Shown here: positions 25,050 to 39,103 of the stretch, piece by piece
Position numbering within the stretch: the first letter of the stretch is position 1
Layout of the letters: every line of letters begins with the position of its first letter
Translations under genes and position numbers: made by a program
Notes under the pieces: generated by a model
Told to the model about the DNA's origin: nothing
The model's database searches: none
The model's input: only the letters and a program-made list of their open reading frames with translations
Source: Macrostomum lignano
Lineage: Eukaryota
Direction of reading: 5' to 3'
Assembly (NCBI GenBank): GCA_002269645.1
Contig: NIVC01001264.1
Location: 62,001-126,000 of the forward strand
Length of the DNA: 64,000 nucleotides

Positions 25050-27213
25050 TTAGTCTGCATACATTTCACATAGAAGATCCCCATCCTCCTCGGTGTCCGC
25101 GTCACCGTCCTCAGCAGAATCACTCAAAATTGTCAAACCTTCAGCAGCTGCGGAACCAGTCTGGTTTCCAACAAGCAGCAACCTTTCGCTCTGCTTTCTG
25201 ATTCGAGTGCCTGCGTGCCTTAGATGCTCGCCAACTGCGGCTTCGGCCGTTATTTTTGTGCAGTCACGGAAGACGCCAGAAGCTGCAGCTAAAAACACAA
25301 AATTTTGAAATATATTTTAAGCAGTACCTTTGAGGGATACAACTGTGGAAGGCTGATCATATTTAACTCAGCTCTGTCGATTCGATTTAATACACTATAT
25401 AATGTTGCAAATTGCACCAAACTGATTTACAGGAATCTTACTTACCACGGATAATAGGAAATAGACCAAGAGAGTCGAAGCTTCTCTTTGCGGCTACTCG
25501 GCGAGTAGCCCCTCGCAGGCTAAACTGTGCTGCAAGGTCATCCGTCATGAGCTGTCGCAGAATGTTGGAAATCAGGTGATTTAGCCTCCTGCCCCCCAGA
25601 GAGCGAAATTGAACAATCTGAAAATGGACGATGGGGAATTATCCGCTGATTATACTGACTTACATTACATGTGTGTAGTGCGTAGTATCTAATTCAGGGC
25701 CTATATAAATTATTTTTCGCAGTATAAATGTAAGACTGTTCTCTGTTATTAGCGTTACTCCTATCATAACTACTTTAAATCAGTAATAAGTATTGACATC
25801 GAGTGACGTCCTTCGTTCACTCACTGTGGCTTTTTCGGCCTTCTTATCTCCCTTCACGGCCGAAATCCAGCTCTCAAGGGCCGCAAAGTCACTGAATGGC
25901 AATGCTTCAAATAGCTGACGGTAGTCACAGCTGTCGGCGTCGTTCTCGTGTAGATTAGTTGGACGAGCCATTATCTTGTTCTGCAGATCAGTTAATGCAG
26001 CTTTCACTGATGTATGCTGAGCCCGAACTACATCTGCGCAATAAAATGATACAGTATATTATATAGAATTAGTAGCATATTGCATTATTTCAGTTCAGCA
26101 TAAGAAGTCGAAATCAAGTAAGAAAGTACGAGTATATATTTACTTCGATTCAGGGGTTGCAGAGCTAGATTTTTCTAAGCGGGGGGGCATTTTTCTTTTT
26201 AATCAAGAATTTGTTTTCTCTTTCAATTGAGTAATTAGGCTTAGGGACTTTAATTTTATGCTAAATTCACATGTACTCACTCTCAAGCCGCTCAACAGCT
26301 GCTGTGAGCTTCTCTACTTTAGCGCACAAATTAGACGCAGAGACGCTATCGTTTGGCTGCCCTTGTCCGAACGCAAGAACGTTGGGCTCCCTGTTATGAG
26401 CTGCCGGTGTTGATGCGACAGTCAGTGTAGGCGTGCCGAAAATGTCGGTCTCAGTAGCCGCCAACATGCTGGAATGATCAGCCGCTGCTGCCGCTCCTGT
26501 CGACTGGGGAGTTTGCGATTGTACTGGCATCTCTGGCGGTGGTGAATTTCTGATTGGCAGAATCGGTGGTGGAGAGCTTTCCTTTTGCTGTTGTTTCCTG
26601 CGACTTCGAGTCGTGTCATCAGGCCCCATGACCCGTCCGTCTGTCTCATCGATGAAGCGTGTTACCGGCTGCCGAGACCGCGGAGCATCAGAGTCACTAG
26701 TCTCTATAGTGCCTCTCCTTGCGAATCGCTTTCGAAATTCAACAGCTTCCTTCAGAGAGTCTGCAGCAGTGAAGATCAAAGAGAAATGATTTTATTTGGC
26801 ACTTTAGCCTTCATTCATTTTGATTTGATACAATGTATTGTGATAATTCGCGCCCGCGTATTAAGACACATGCTTTATGTGTCTTAGAATTGGGATTGGG
26901 TATTGTATATTCAAAAAGTTAACGTTAAAGCTAAACGCAGACGTTTAAAAACTGCAATATAATTCCTCAAATATTGAAAATAATACTTATATTAACTATT
27001 CAATTGAATTTTCTTACCCCGAGATCCAACTATATCCACTGTCTCGAATGACCACTTGTCACTCGGCATCTTCCTGCCATTTATGGCTTGCTTATAGTCC
27101 GATACTGGTGGCCAGCGAACAAGATTTGGGTTTTCGAACCACGTGTTTAAAGTCAGCTCTATGCTGCCATCGTCAAAAATGACCAGCACAAATTTTTTCT
27201 CCAAATGGGACAT
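25050..27213 (-). CDS. DUF4806-like accessory protein of the EnSpm element, 5 exons
   Basis: Exons 27213-27018, 26760-26281, 26033-25825, 25617-25446, 25288-25050 (GT-AG, phases consistent). N-terminal VLVIFDDG...TW...VRWPP...PSDKW; C-terminal LGG...ILRQLMTDDLAAQFSLRG...KRSFDSLGL...HLRHAGTR, the pattern seen in proteins neighbouring animal EnSpm transposases. Confidence 0.7.
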
Positions 27214-28392
27214 TTTCGGATGATTAGCTGGCTATTCTTAATTCTATGAAAAAAAATGGAGCTAGGATGACACCTAAGGCTAAAGCACTTAAACTAGATT
27301 TGATGAGAATATTCTAACGACAAAAGATGAAGTCAATATGATTAAGTCAGCTAGCTGAAGCAAAATATACAAACAGTTTTCTTTTTACTCATTTACCACT
27401 TGCATATTGGCTTTAAAGTATATTTCCATCAGTCTTCACTCCTCAGTCAACCAATTAAAATGAAGCAGCCCCCGGAATAAGGCCTCACCACCTGGTCAGT
27501 TGAACATTGGACATTGGACAAGCAAAATTGTACTGAAATTGTATCTTTCAGCAGCGGCAGATCCAGGGTTTTTGCATAGGGGCTGAGAATTAAATGTGAG
27601 GGTGCCGCCTTTTGTCAGGCAGGGGCGCCTGGCGCCGCATCAGGTTAGAACCTATGCGATGAATGCCATTTTTAGCGCTTGTAGCACCTTTTGGCGCCTG
27701 TGACCCTTTCTAGGACAACGGAGCAACCTCCTGTGACAGGGCGCCCACCTAAGACAGGCGCTGTTCGATTTGGGTGGCGGGGGGCAACTGGGCGGGTCAA
27801 TAGGCCATGTGAATAAAGTGAGCAGTTGCTCAAACTCTTTCGTTCCTTCGTTATATGAGTGATTCGCTCATCGTATTGCAGATCATTGTTGGTAAAATAA
27901 ATAGGACAAAGTCATATCTTCTTTAAGGAACCAAAAATTTTTTTAGAAACCATAAAGCTAAGCCTTGGGGCTTGGGGAAACCTGGAGAGCCAGTAATTTA
28001 TGACACGGAGACATTACTTCCTTAATCGTTTATCCTTTCATTGACAGGAAGGAAGAAAAATAATTTAAAATTACTTGTAAAAGTTGTAACCTTCTTATGC
28101 CATGACTTCAATCTATCTGATTTCATCAGACCATCCAGACTCGATAGATCCCATGTCGTCATATCTTATCTGCCATATTTCTATTTCTTCTGATTTGAAT
28201 TTATGTACTTTTCTTAGTGTTGTACAAAGGTTATGTGAGAGTGAATGATTAGCAAACGTGAAACATGCAGAATCAATCAGCAGTAGATTCTAAGAACATT
28301 GCACGTTAAAAACAGCATTTTAAACATTCGAAAAGCGTGAAAAGCGAAGTAAGTACAAAGTATTAGAAGGCTGAGAATAAGAGTCAGATTTT

Positions 28393-30227
28393 TCAGCTTC
28401 GCATGGAGTGCAGTAGTGGGAAAGCGACTTGCTTATCTTTTAAAGGGATAAGCATTGCCTTGCAGAAAATATCTTCTTTTCGTAATAAACTGTAGCCGCT
28501 GGAAAGCTTACTCACAACGGATATCATATTGGTGTCAAAAGAGTTCACCGGAGTTACATAAAGAGGCTCTGCTTGCCTAAAACTGCAAACATTCAGGTAG
28601 CAGGAATTATCAACAGTGGAAAGTATGTGAAAAACTCGACACACGAGCCCAGTTCGAGTCATAAAATAGCAATCAGGCTTAGAAACCGATAGAAATGTTG
28701 ACTTTAAAGGTAAGTCGAGGCGAGAAAAAGCTGTGGAAACTCGAACAGGCAGAATAGTGTTCGGCAGAGGCATGGGCCTGGACAGAGTAAACTGGGCTAA
28801 TTGTACTTTTTTGACATGCTTTTTAAGAAAACCGAGCGTAACATCTCTCTCAGAGACTCGCTTTACAACTTGCTGAAGAGCCATGAAGGGACCACGGCAA
28901 AAGGCAGCAATGAAACGTTGAAAATTTTCGCCCCAAAAGCAGCTAAACTGCTCCAAGGGGCCAAATCGGCGAACATCAGCAGGGATATGGATGAGGGTGT
29001 GCAAATTGTACACTATGAATTCTTGCCCCCAAAGGCGTTGACAGCAACGAAGAATCCATTTCGCAAGGCTTTCGGCATAGTCGCAGTGCATGCTGCTCGT
29101 GATCGGATTCGAAAGCAGAAAGGAAAAAACGTGTAAGGATACAAACAGACTGTACATCGTGTCTGAAACAAGGCCTTGCAGGACAACAGGAGCCAAATAC
29201 AGAATAAAAAGTCGAAACTCGACTGCCTTCCACTGCCCTAAAACATCCAATGATCGAGGCTTACGCGGGAAGTCATGGGTTATGCCTTGCGCCACAACTT
29301 CTAGTGCGCTGTTAATTTCACGCTTTGAGGCAGATGCAACACGATGAGGCACAACAGCTGAGCCTAGGTTGTTTAAGCACTTATGAACAACTCCTTCGTA
29401 CAGTAGGTGCATTGGGTCTACAGGAAACGTTGAAATCATATCGATTGGCAATGCACAAAATAAGCTAGCAGATGTAACGTGCTGTTTGTACAAATGATTT
29501 TGAGGACATTCGGGTGAACTAGCAAAGCGGAAATCAGCATCAGTTCTAATTGGTGCATCTGTGTCGCAGAAAACAACTCTTCCATGCACATACTGACCTC
29601 GCACGGTGCACTTGTCACAAGCAGAATAGCCAGTGCAGTTTTTCGTACCTTTTACAAAGTGCCTTGCAGGAGCATCACACATAACCATCTCTAGAACAAA
29701 TGGGATGGTAACACCGGAATTAATATAGCCAATAGAGAGTAAGTCACTGAGTTCAGAGATGCTATCCGACAAAAAATCAGAGGCAGACAAAGGCTTTTTT
29801 GAGCCACAATAAATTCCAATTACAAAATCAGAATGCGAGATTCCTTTCACTCGACCCAATATGGGCCACATTGTGGTATTGCAACTCTTATAAACCTTAG
29901 CACCATCTAAAAACAAATGAAACATCATTGCTTCATTTGACGGCAGAGGACAAGTTGAAAAAATGAAATCTAGCCCTTTTACTATGCCAAAGTGAAAGTA
30001 GTGACCTGGCTCAACGCGTTTCAAATTCAGATCTCTCGGAGTCTCCATCAAAGTTCGAGCATCTGCGGGAAGCTCCGGGTGAATCTCTGACATGCGTTTG
30101 AGGAGGTCGTTGACTGAGCTTATTTTTGGGTTGTTCGCCTCTACCCAGTCATGCAGGATTCTTCGCACTCCACTTGACTCCAGTTGACCAGCTTCTTCTA
30201 AATCGTCTCCGTCTTGATATTCGATGT
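28393..30227 (-). CDS. EnSpm/CACTA-type DDE transposase, main exon (5' exon(s) uncertain)
   Basis: Intact 591-aa ORF with LPADARTLMETP, FLDG, MWPIL, CDAPAR, GYSACDKC, DPMHLLYEG, FPRKPRSL...WKAVEFR, YNLHTLIH, GPL..FSCFWGEN; splice acceptor at 30228. Confidence 0.9.
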
Positions 30228-32456
30228 CTGTGATGAAGGTAGAGTGGGTATTTTTAGAAAGTGCAGTGTAGCAAAAAGAAAAGCTGTATCTCTGGTGCTC
30301 TTATCCTTCATTAAAGCCTACCAATTATCAGCCTAGCCCTGTCACTGTGATTACTCAAAGTCTCAAATTGAAGCTCTACTACATGTACCTCGTAAAAATA
30401 CGTACGAATACCCTTAAAAATTTAATTAATTAAAATGTTTAAATTGCATACTGGTATAGCTAGCTAGTTACGAGCTATGTCTCGTCGTTCTTTTTGATCT
30501 TCTATTCGAGCTTTTCTTCTCTCTGGAGAGAAAATCAATAAAAGAATAGCAAACATACGCTCGTATATACATGCAGTTTACAAATATACATGTATGTACA
30601 TCTAATATATGAAATATGGCTTCACCCATAAACCCATGCACCAACCCATTCGCCCATGAATATAGCATGTACTATAGTATAGTATGAACTTTATTAGTTC
30701 TATGGTTTATGGGCGATGGTTTATGGGTGAGGGTTTAATTTAAACTTAATATATATAATACACTGCATTTATATATGTATATTAAAATATTTTTAAAATA
30801 TTCAGATTCAGACTGTATATAGTATATAGTATAAAGTATATAGATGTATATATCTATATCTATACATGCAGTGCGAGTGCGAGTGCGTACATGTAATTTA
30901 TACTTAGCAGTATAAATAGCAATAATTAGTTACCTGAAGCTTCGGCTGAGTAGTAATAGCTTCTGTCAACAACTTCTGGCTCGTCGTCACAGATTGTGTC
31001 AAGCTCGGAATCTGAATGGCCGGGCGAAAAGCTGTTGGGATGCAAATGCGATGCCAGGGGAACAGGGGAGCGGAAACTCATGGATGCAGCTGTAGCTGCA
31101 GCCCTGCAGGTTCAGTTTGAAACTCGTTCAATTGTTCCTGTGTTTCTGCAACACGGCAGTTACGGTTCGTTGCAGTCTCTTGCAGCAATTCTTCCAAAGA
31201 TTTCTTTGCGTCTCTACGGTGCGATCGTCTACTTCTTTCTCTCTTCTCCATGATGGAGAAAAAGTGAAGTACTTATTGTTTTTCTTTAAATTCCAAACTG
31301 CAACTACGAGCGCATATTGAACTTTGGCTTCTGAATCTAGTCTTCTAAAACTATTAAATTTGTAGTTCTAAACTCTATCCAAACCTGAGTCTCTGTGGAG
31401 CTTTGATGTGGACTAGCCAGAGTTTGTTCGGGATTGGTGCAGTTGTATTTCCTAACCTTTAGTTTAAACTTTAAAGTAAAACTAAAAGCTTTGTCATAGA
31501 ATAGCAGAATTCTCACTCAATAAATTCAGCGAAGAAGAAGAATACAGTTCGAATGGCGCCAGAGGGCTCCAAGATCTTGGCCAGAACAAAGGGGAACTTC
31601 GGTTCATTACACGGAGCTATCGCAGTAAAAAACACCATACAGTCAGCCAGCAGAGCCAGCAGGGAGGGTGGACAATAGAGTTCACCTCTCGAGACATCCC
31701 CCAAGCCCACAGACCATATAGAATCGGGATGGCAAAGGGATCACAAGTCTTAGAGAGCTCCGAGTTCCCCGAGCTCCCTTCTCTCACAGTGGGCCCAGAG
31801 CCCAGACAGTGGGAAGCGGCATATAGGCTCTTTGTTCCGCACCGCCCACAGCCAGGATACCCTCTTTGTTCTCAGCAAACACAGAGGCTTCCATGCAGAG
31901 CCCAGCCCATAGAATTCTAGAAAACTATCTATTCTCTAGAGCTCTATTGTCCACCCTCCCTGTTGGCTCTAGATAACTATCTAGAATCCAATGCTATACA
32001 CAACCAGACAACCAGACTGCTGCATTTGTCAAAGCGGGCACATTGGTAGAAGATCGGTAAGAATCCAGTAAAAATCTTGTCCAGAGAGACGTATGTATAT
32101 GTACTGTCCATAGACCATATAGGACCTGCGCGAAACTCGAGGGTCCTGCCCCAGTGTTCTGTGGGGCAAAAAGCAAGCAAACATGATCCCACCCCTTAAC
32201 GCACGTTAATCGATAAAGACTCCACGGCATTGGCTCTCATTCGCTGAGTACTAAATTGTGCCGACATCCGGTTCCTTCCTCATATGAGTCCTGCATCGCT
32301 TCAAAACCAGTGAAAGAATATTTTTCATTTCAGACATTGCCCATTCACACCACATATAGGGCTCTAGAAAAAAAGAGAAAAAATCTCAGTTCAGATGCAG
32401 CTAATGTGGATCTTGCAGCTCTTTGTCATGAAGTACTTACTTCATTGGTCGCTTCA

Positions 32457-32873
32457 ACAAACCCTAAATTTCACAACGTCGAAAAGTTGTGCACAGTATT
32501 TCATAAGCTCGAAATTTCAAAAGCTCTAAATTTCACAAAGTCAAAAACAAAACTTGCACCAGACTGCATAAACTTTATCACAAGCCCTAAATTTCACAAG
32601 CCCTAAATTTCACAACGCCTAAAAACACTATGGAGATACAATCTTCTAAAATCCTTCTGTATCTCCATAGCTAGTGTTTTTAGGCGTTGTGAAATTTAGG
32701 GCTTGTGGAATTCTGTGCATGCCTTTTAGGTGTTATGAAATTTAGGGCCTGTGAAATTTAGATCTTGGGAAATCTGCTGCATTGCCTATTTTCGACGTTG
32801 TGAAAATTAGAATTTATGAAATATAGGTCTTATAAAAGGTTCCGGTTTCGAAGTTGTAAAAATTAGGGTTTGT
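32457..32873. repeat. Foldback/palindromic element built from CCCTAAATTTCACAA units
   Basis: Units point inward from both sides around a central hairpin (TATGGAGATACA...TGTATCTCCATA). Confidence 0.75.
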
Positions 32874-32910
32874 AAAACGAACCTAGTTATATGTACAGTT
32901 GGGTAATTAC

Positions 32911-35900
32911 TGATTTTCCCGAATTCGCCCATTTAAATACATTGGAATTTCCCGGAATCTCCGCATTCAAATAGCTGGAAAGCTGATTAAGCTAGAGACA
33001 GGATTCTTTCTGGGGAAGACACCGAATGGTACGCTCTAATGATCTGTAGAATCTCATATTTGAGTCTACTGATAGAGCTTGGCAATTCCTGATTGATTTT
33101 CCCGAATTCGCCCATTTAAATACATTGGAATTTCCCGGAATCTCCGCATTCAAATAGCTGGAAAGCTGATTAAGCTAGAGACAGGATTCTTTCTGGGGAA
33201 GACACCGAATGGTACGCTCTAATGATCTGTAGAATCTCATATTTGAGTCTACTGATAGAGCTTGGCAATTCCTGATTGATTTTCCCGAATTCGCCCATTT
33301 AAATACATTGGAATTTCCCGGAATCTCCGCATTCAAATAGCTGGAAAGCTGATTAAGCTAGAGACAGGATTCTTTCTGGGGAAGACACCGAATGGTACGC
33401 TCTAATGATCTGTAGAATCTCATATTTGAGTCTACTGATAGAGCTTGGCAATTCCTGATTGATTTTCCCGAATTCGCCCATTTAAATACATTGGAATTTC
33501 CGGAATCTCCGCATTCAAATAGCTGGAAAGCTGATTAAGCTAGAGACAGGATTCTTTCTGGGGAAGACACCGAATGGTACGCTCTAATGATCTGTAGAAT
33601 CTCATATTTGAGTCTACTGATAGAGCTTGGCAATTCCTGATTGATTTTCCCGAATTCGCCCATTTAAATACATTGGAATTTCCCGGAATCTCCGCATTCA
33701 AATAGCTGGAAAGCTGATTAAGCTAGAGACAGGATTCTTTCTGGGGAAGACACCGAATGGTACGCTCTAATGATCTGTAGAATCTCATATTTGAGTCTAC
33801 TGATAGAGCTTGGCAATTCCTGATTGATTTTCCCGAATTCGCCCATTTAAATACATTGGAATTTCCCGGAATCTCCGCATTCAAATAGCTGGAAAGCTGA
33901 TTAAGCTAGAGACAGGATTCTTTCTGGGGAAGACACCGAATGGTACGCTCTAATGATCTGTAGAATCTCATATTTGAGTCTACTGATAGAGCTTGGCAAT
34001 TCCTGATTGATTTTCCCGAATTCGCCCATTTAAATACATTGGAATTTCCCGGAATCTCCGCATTCAAATAGCTGGAAAGCTGATTAAGCTAGAGACAGGA
34101 TTCTTTCTGGGGAAGACACCGAATGGTACGCTCTAATGATCTGTAGAATCTCATATTTGAGTCTACTGATAGAGCTTGGCAATTCCTGATTGATTTTCCC
34201 GAATTCGCCCATTTAAATACATTGGAATTTCCGGAATCTCCGCATTCAAATAGCTGGAAAGCTGATTAAGCTAGAGACAGGATTCTTTCTGGGGAAGACA
34301 CCGAATGGTACGCTCTAATGATCTGTAGAATCTCATATTTGAGTCTACTGATAGAGCTTGGCAATTCCTGATTGATTTTCCCGAATTCGCCCATTTAAAT
34401 ACATTGGAATTTCCCGGAATCTCCGCATTCAAATAGCTGGAAAGCTGATTAAGCTAGAGACAGGATTCTTTCTGGGGAAGACACCGAATGGTACGCTCTA
34501 ATGATCTGTAGAATCTCATATTTGAGTCTACTGATAGAGCTTGGCAATTCCTGATTGATTTTCCCGAATTCGCCCATTTAAATACATTGGAATTTTCCGG
34601 AATCTCCGCATTCAAATAGCTGGAAAGCTGATTAAGCTAGAGACAGGATTCTTTCTGGGGAAGACACCGAATGGTACGCTCTAATGATCTGTAGAATCTC
34701 ATATTTGAGTCTACTGATAGAGCTTGGCAATTCCTGATTGATTTTCCCGAATTCGCCCATTTAAATACATTGGAATTTCCCGGAATCTCCGCATTCAAAT
34801 AGCTGGAAAGCTGATTAAGCTAGAGACAGGATTCTTTCTGGGGAAGACACCGAATGGTACGCTCTAATGATCTGTAGAATCTCATATTTGAGTCTACTGA
34901 TAGAGCTTGGCAATTCCTGATTGATTTTCCCGAATTCGCCCATTTAAATACATTGGAATTTCCGGAATCTCCGCATTCAAATAGCTGGAAAGCTGATTAA
35001 GCTAGAGACAGGATTCTTTCTGGGGAAGACACCGAATGGTACGCTCTAATGATCTGTAGAATCTCATATTTGAGTCTACTGATAGAGCTTGGCAATTCCT
35101 GATTGATTTTCCCGAATTCGCCCATTTAAATACATTGGAATTTCCCGGAATCTCCGCATTCAAATAGCTGGAAAGCTGATTAAGCTAGAGACAGGATTCT
35201 TTCTGGGGAAGACACCGAATGGTACGCTCTAATGATCTGTAGAATCTCATATTTGAGTCTACTGATAGAGCTTGGCAATTCCTGATTGATTTTCCCGAAT
35301 TCGCCCATTTAAATACATTGGAATTTCCCGGAATCTCCGCATTCAAATAGCTGGAAAGCTGATTAAGCTAGAGACAGGATTCTTTCTGGGGAAGACACCG
35401 AATGGTACGCTCTAATGATCTGTAGAATCTCATATTTGAGTCTACTGATAGAGCTTGGCAATTCCTGATTGATTTTCCCGAATTCGCCCATTTAAATACA
35501 TTGGAATTTCCCGGAATCTCCGCATTCAAATAGCTGGAAAGCTGATTAAGCTAGAGACAGGATTCTTTCTGGGGAAGACACCGAATGGTACGCTCTAATG
35601 ATCTGTAGAATCTCATATTTGAGTCTACTGATAGAGCTTGGCAATTCCTGATTGATTTTCCCGAATTCGCCCATTTAAATACATTGGAATTTCCGGAATC
35701 TCCGCATTCAAATAGCTGGAAAGCTGATTAAGCTAGAGACAGGATTCTTTCTGGGGAAGACACCGAATGGTACGCTCTAATGATCTGTAGAATCTCATAT
35801 TTGAGTCTACTGATAGAGCTTGGCAATTCCTGATTGATTTTCCCGAATTCGCCCATTTAAATACATTGGAATTTCCCGGAATCTCCGCATTCAAATAGCT

Positions 35901-38900
35901 GGAAAGCTGATTAAGCTAGAGACAGGATTCTTTCTGGGGAAGACACCGAATGGTACGCTCTAATGATCTGTAGAATCTCATATTTGAGTCTACTGATAGA
36001 GCTTGGCAATTCCTGATTGATTTTCCCGAATTCGCCCATTTAAATACATTGGAATTTCCGGAATCTCCGCATTCAAATAGCTGGAAAGCTGATTAAGCTA
36101 GAGACAGGATTCTTTCTGGGGAAGACACCGAATGGTACGCTCTAATGATCTGTAGAATCTCATATTTGAGTCTACTGATAGAGCTTGGCAATTCCTGATT
36201 GATTTTCCCGAATTCGCCCATTTAAATACATTGGAATTTTCCGGAATCTCCGCATTCAAATAGCTGGAAAGCTGATTAAGCTAGAGACAGGATTCTTTCT
36301 GGGGAAGACACCGAATGGTACGCTCTAATGATCTGTAGAATCTCATATTTGAGTCTACTGATAGAGCTTGGCAATTCCTGATTGATTTTCCCGAATTCGC
36401 CCATTTAAATACATTGGAATTTCCCGGAATCTCCGCATTCAAATAGCTGGAAAGCTGATTAAGCTAGAGACAGGATTCTTTCTGGGGAAGACACCGAATG
36501 GTACGCTCTAATGATCTGTAGAATCTCATATTTGAGTCTACTGATAGAGCTTGGCAATTCCTGATTGATTTTCCCGAATTCGCCCATTTAAATACATTGG
36601 AATTTCCCGGAATCTCCGCATTCAAATAGCTGGAAAGCTGATTAAGCTAGAGACAGGATTCTTTCTGGGGAAGACACCGAATGGTACGCTCTAATGATCT
36701 GTAGAATCTCATATTTGAGTCTACTGATAGAGCTTGGCAATTCCTGATTGATTTTCCCGAATTCGCCCATTTAAATACATTGGAATTTCCCGGAATCTCC
36801 GCATTCAAATAGCTGGAAAGCTGATTAAGCTAGAGACAGGATTCTTTCTGGGGAAGACACCGAATGGTACGCTCTAATGATCTGTAGAATCTCATATTTG
36901 AGTCTACTGATAGAGCTTGGCAATTCCTGATTGATTTTCCCGAATTCGCCCATTTAAATACATTGGAATTTTCCGGAATCTCCGCATTCAAATAGCTGGA
37001 AAGCTGATTAAGCTAGAGACAGGATTCTTTCTGGGGAAGACACCGAATGGTACGCTCTAATGATCTGTAGAATCTCATATTTGAGTCTACTGATAGAGCT
37101 TGGCAATTCCTGATTGATTTTCCCGAATTCGCCCATTTAAATACATTGGAATTTCCCGGAATCTCCGCATTCAAATAGCTGGAAAGCTGATTAAGCTAGA
37201 GACAGGATTCTTTCTGGGGAAGACACCGAATGGTACGCTCTAATGATCTGTAGAATCTCATATTTGAGTCTACTGATAGAGCTTGGCAATTCCTGATTGA
37301 TTTTCCCGAATTCGCCCATTTAAATACATTGGAATTTTCCGGAATCTCCGCATTCAAATAGCTGGAAAGCTGATTAAGCTAGAGACAGGATTCTTTCTGG
37401 GGAAGACACCGAATGGTACGCTCTAATGATCTGTAGAATCTCATATTTGAGTCTACTGATAGAGCTTGGCAATTCCTGATTGATTTTCCCGAATTCGCCC
37501 ATTTAAATACATTGGAATTTTCCGGAATCTCCGCATTCAAATAGCTGGAAAGCTGATTAAGCTAGAGACAGGATTCTTTCTGGGGAAGACACCGAATGGT
37601 ACGCTCTAATGATCTGTAGAATCTCATATTTGAGTCTACTGATAGAGCTTGGCAATTCCTGATTGATTTTCCCGAATTCGCCCATTTAAATACATTGGAA
37701 TTTCCCGGAATCTCCGCATTCAAATAGCTGGAAAGCTGATTAAGCTAGAGACAGGATTCTTTCTGGGGAAGACACCGAATGGTACGCTCTAATGATCTGT
37801 AGAATCTCATATTTGAGTCTACTGATAGAGCTTGGCAATTCCTGATTGATTTTCCCGAATTCGCCCATTTAAATACATTGGAATTTTCCGGAATCTCCGC
37901 ATTCAAATAGCTGGAAAGCTGATTAAGCTAGAGACAGGATTCTTTCTGGGGAAGACACCGAATGGTACGCTCTAATGATCTGTAGAATCTCATATTTGAG
38001 TCTACTGATAGAGCTTGGCAATTCCTGATTGATTTTCCCGAATTCGCCCATTTAAATACATTGGAATTTCCCGGAATCTCCGCATTCAAATAGCTGGAAA
38101 GCTGATTAAGCTAGAGACAGGATTCTTTCTGGGGAAGACACCGAATGGTACGCTCTAATGATCTGTAGAATCTCATATTTGAGTCTACTGATAGAGCTTG
38201 GCAATTCCTGATTGATTTTCCCGAATTCGCCCATTTAAATACATTGGAATTTCCCGGAATCTCCGCATTCAAAAAGCTGGAAAGCTGATTAAGCTAGAGA
38301 CAGGATTCTTTCTGGGGAAGACACCGAATGGTACGCTCTAATGATCTGTAGAATCTCATATTTGAGTCTACTGATAGAGCTTGGCAATTCCTGATTGATT
38401 TTCCCGAATTCGCCCATTTAAATACATTGGAATTTCCCGGAATCTCCGCATTCAAATAGCTGGAAAGCTGATTAAGCTAGAGACAGGATTCTTTCTGGGG
38501 AAGACACCGAATGGTACGCTCTAATGATCTGTAGAATCTCATATTTGAGTCTACTGATAGAGCTTGGCAATTCCTGATTGATTTTCCCGAATTCGCCCAT
38601 TTAAATACATTGGAATTTCCCGGAATCTCCGCATTCAAATAGCTGGAAAGCTGATTAAGCTAGAGACAGGATTCTTTCTGGGGAAGACACCGAATGGTAC
38701 GCTCTAATGATCTGTAGAATCTCATATTTGAGTCTACTGATAGAGCTTGGCAATTCCTGATTGATTTTCCCGAATTCGCCCATTTAAATACATTGGAATT
38801 TCCCGGAATCTCCGCATTCAAATAGCTGGAAAGCTGATTAAGCTAGAGACAGGATTCTTTCTGGGGAAGACACCGAATGGTACGCTCTAATGATCTGTAG

Positions 38901-39103
38901 AATCTCATATTTGAGTCTACTGATAGAGCTTGGCAATTCCTGATTGATTTTCCCGAATTCGCCCATTTAAATACATTGGAATTTCCCGGAATCTCCGCAT
39001 TCAAATAGCTGGAAAGTTGATTAAGCTAGAGACAGGATTCTTTCTGGGGAAGACACCGAATGGTACGCTCTAATGATCTGTAGAATCTCATATTTGAGTC
39101 TAC
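32911..39103. repeat. 183-bp satellite array, about 34 near-identical copies
   Basis: Unit starts at 32911, 33094, 33277 (183-bp period). Variation is almost confined to TTTCCCGG / TTTCCGG / TTTTCCGG plus single SNVs near 38274 and 39017. Confidence 0.97.

Noticed and set aside
32911-39103. CRISPR-like or RNA-gene array
   Set aside because: Units are identical end to end with no unique spacers; no tRNA, 5S or snRNA features recognised; eukaryotic context.
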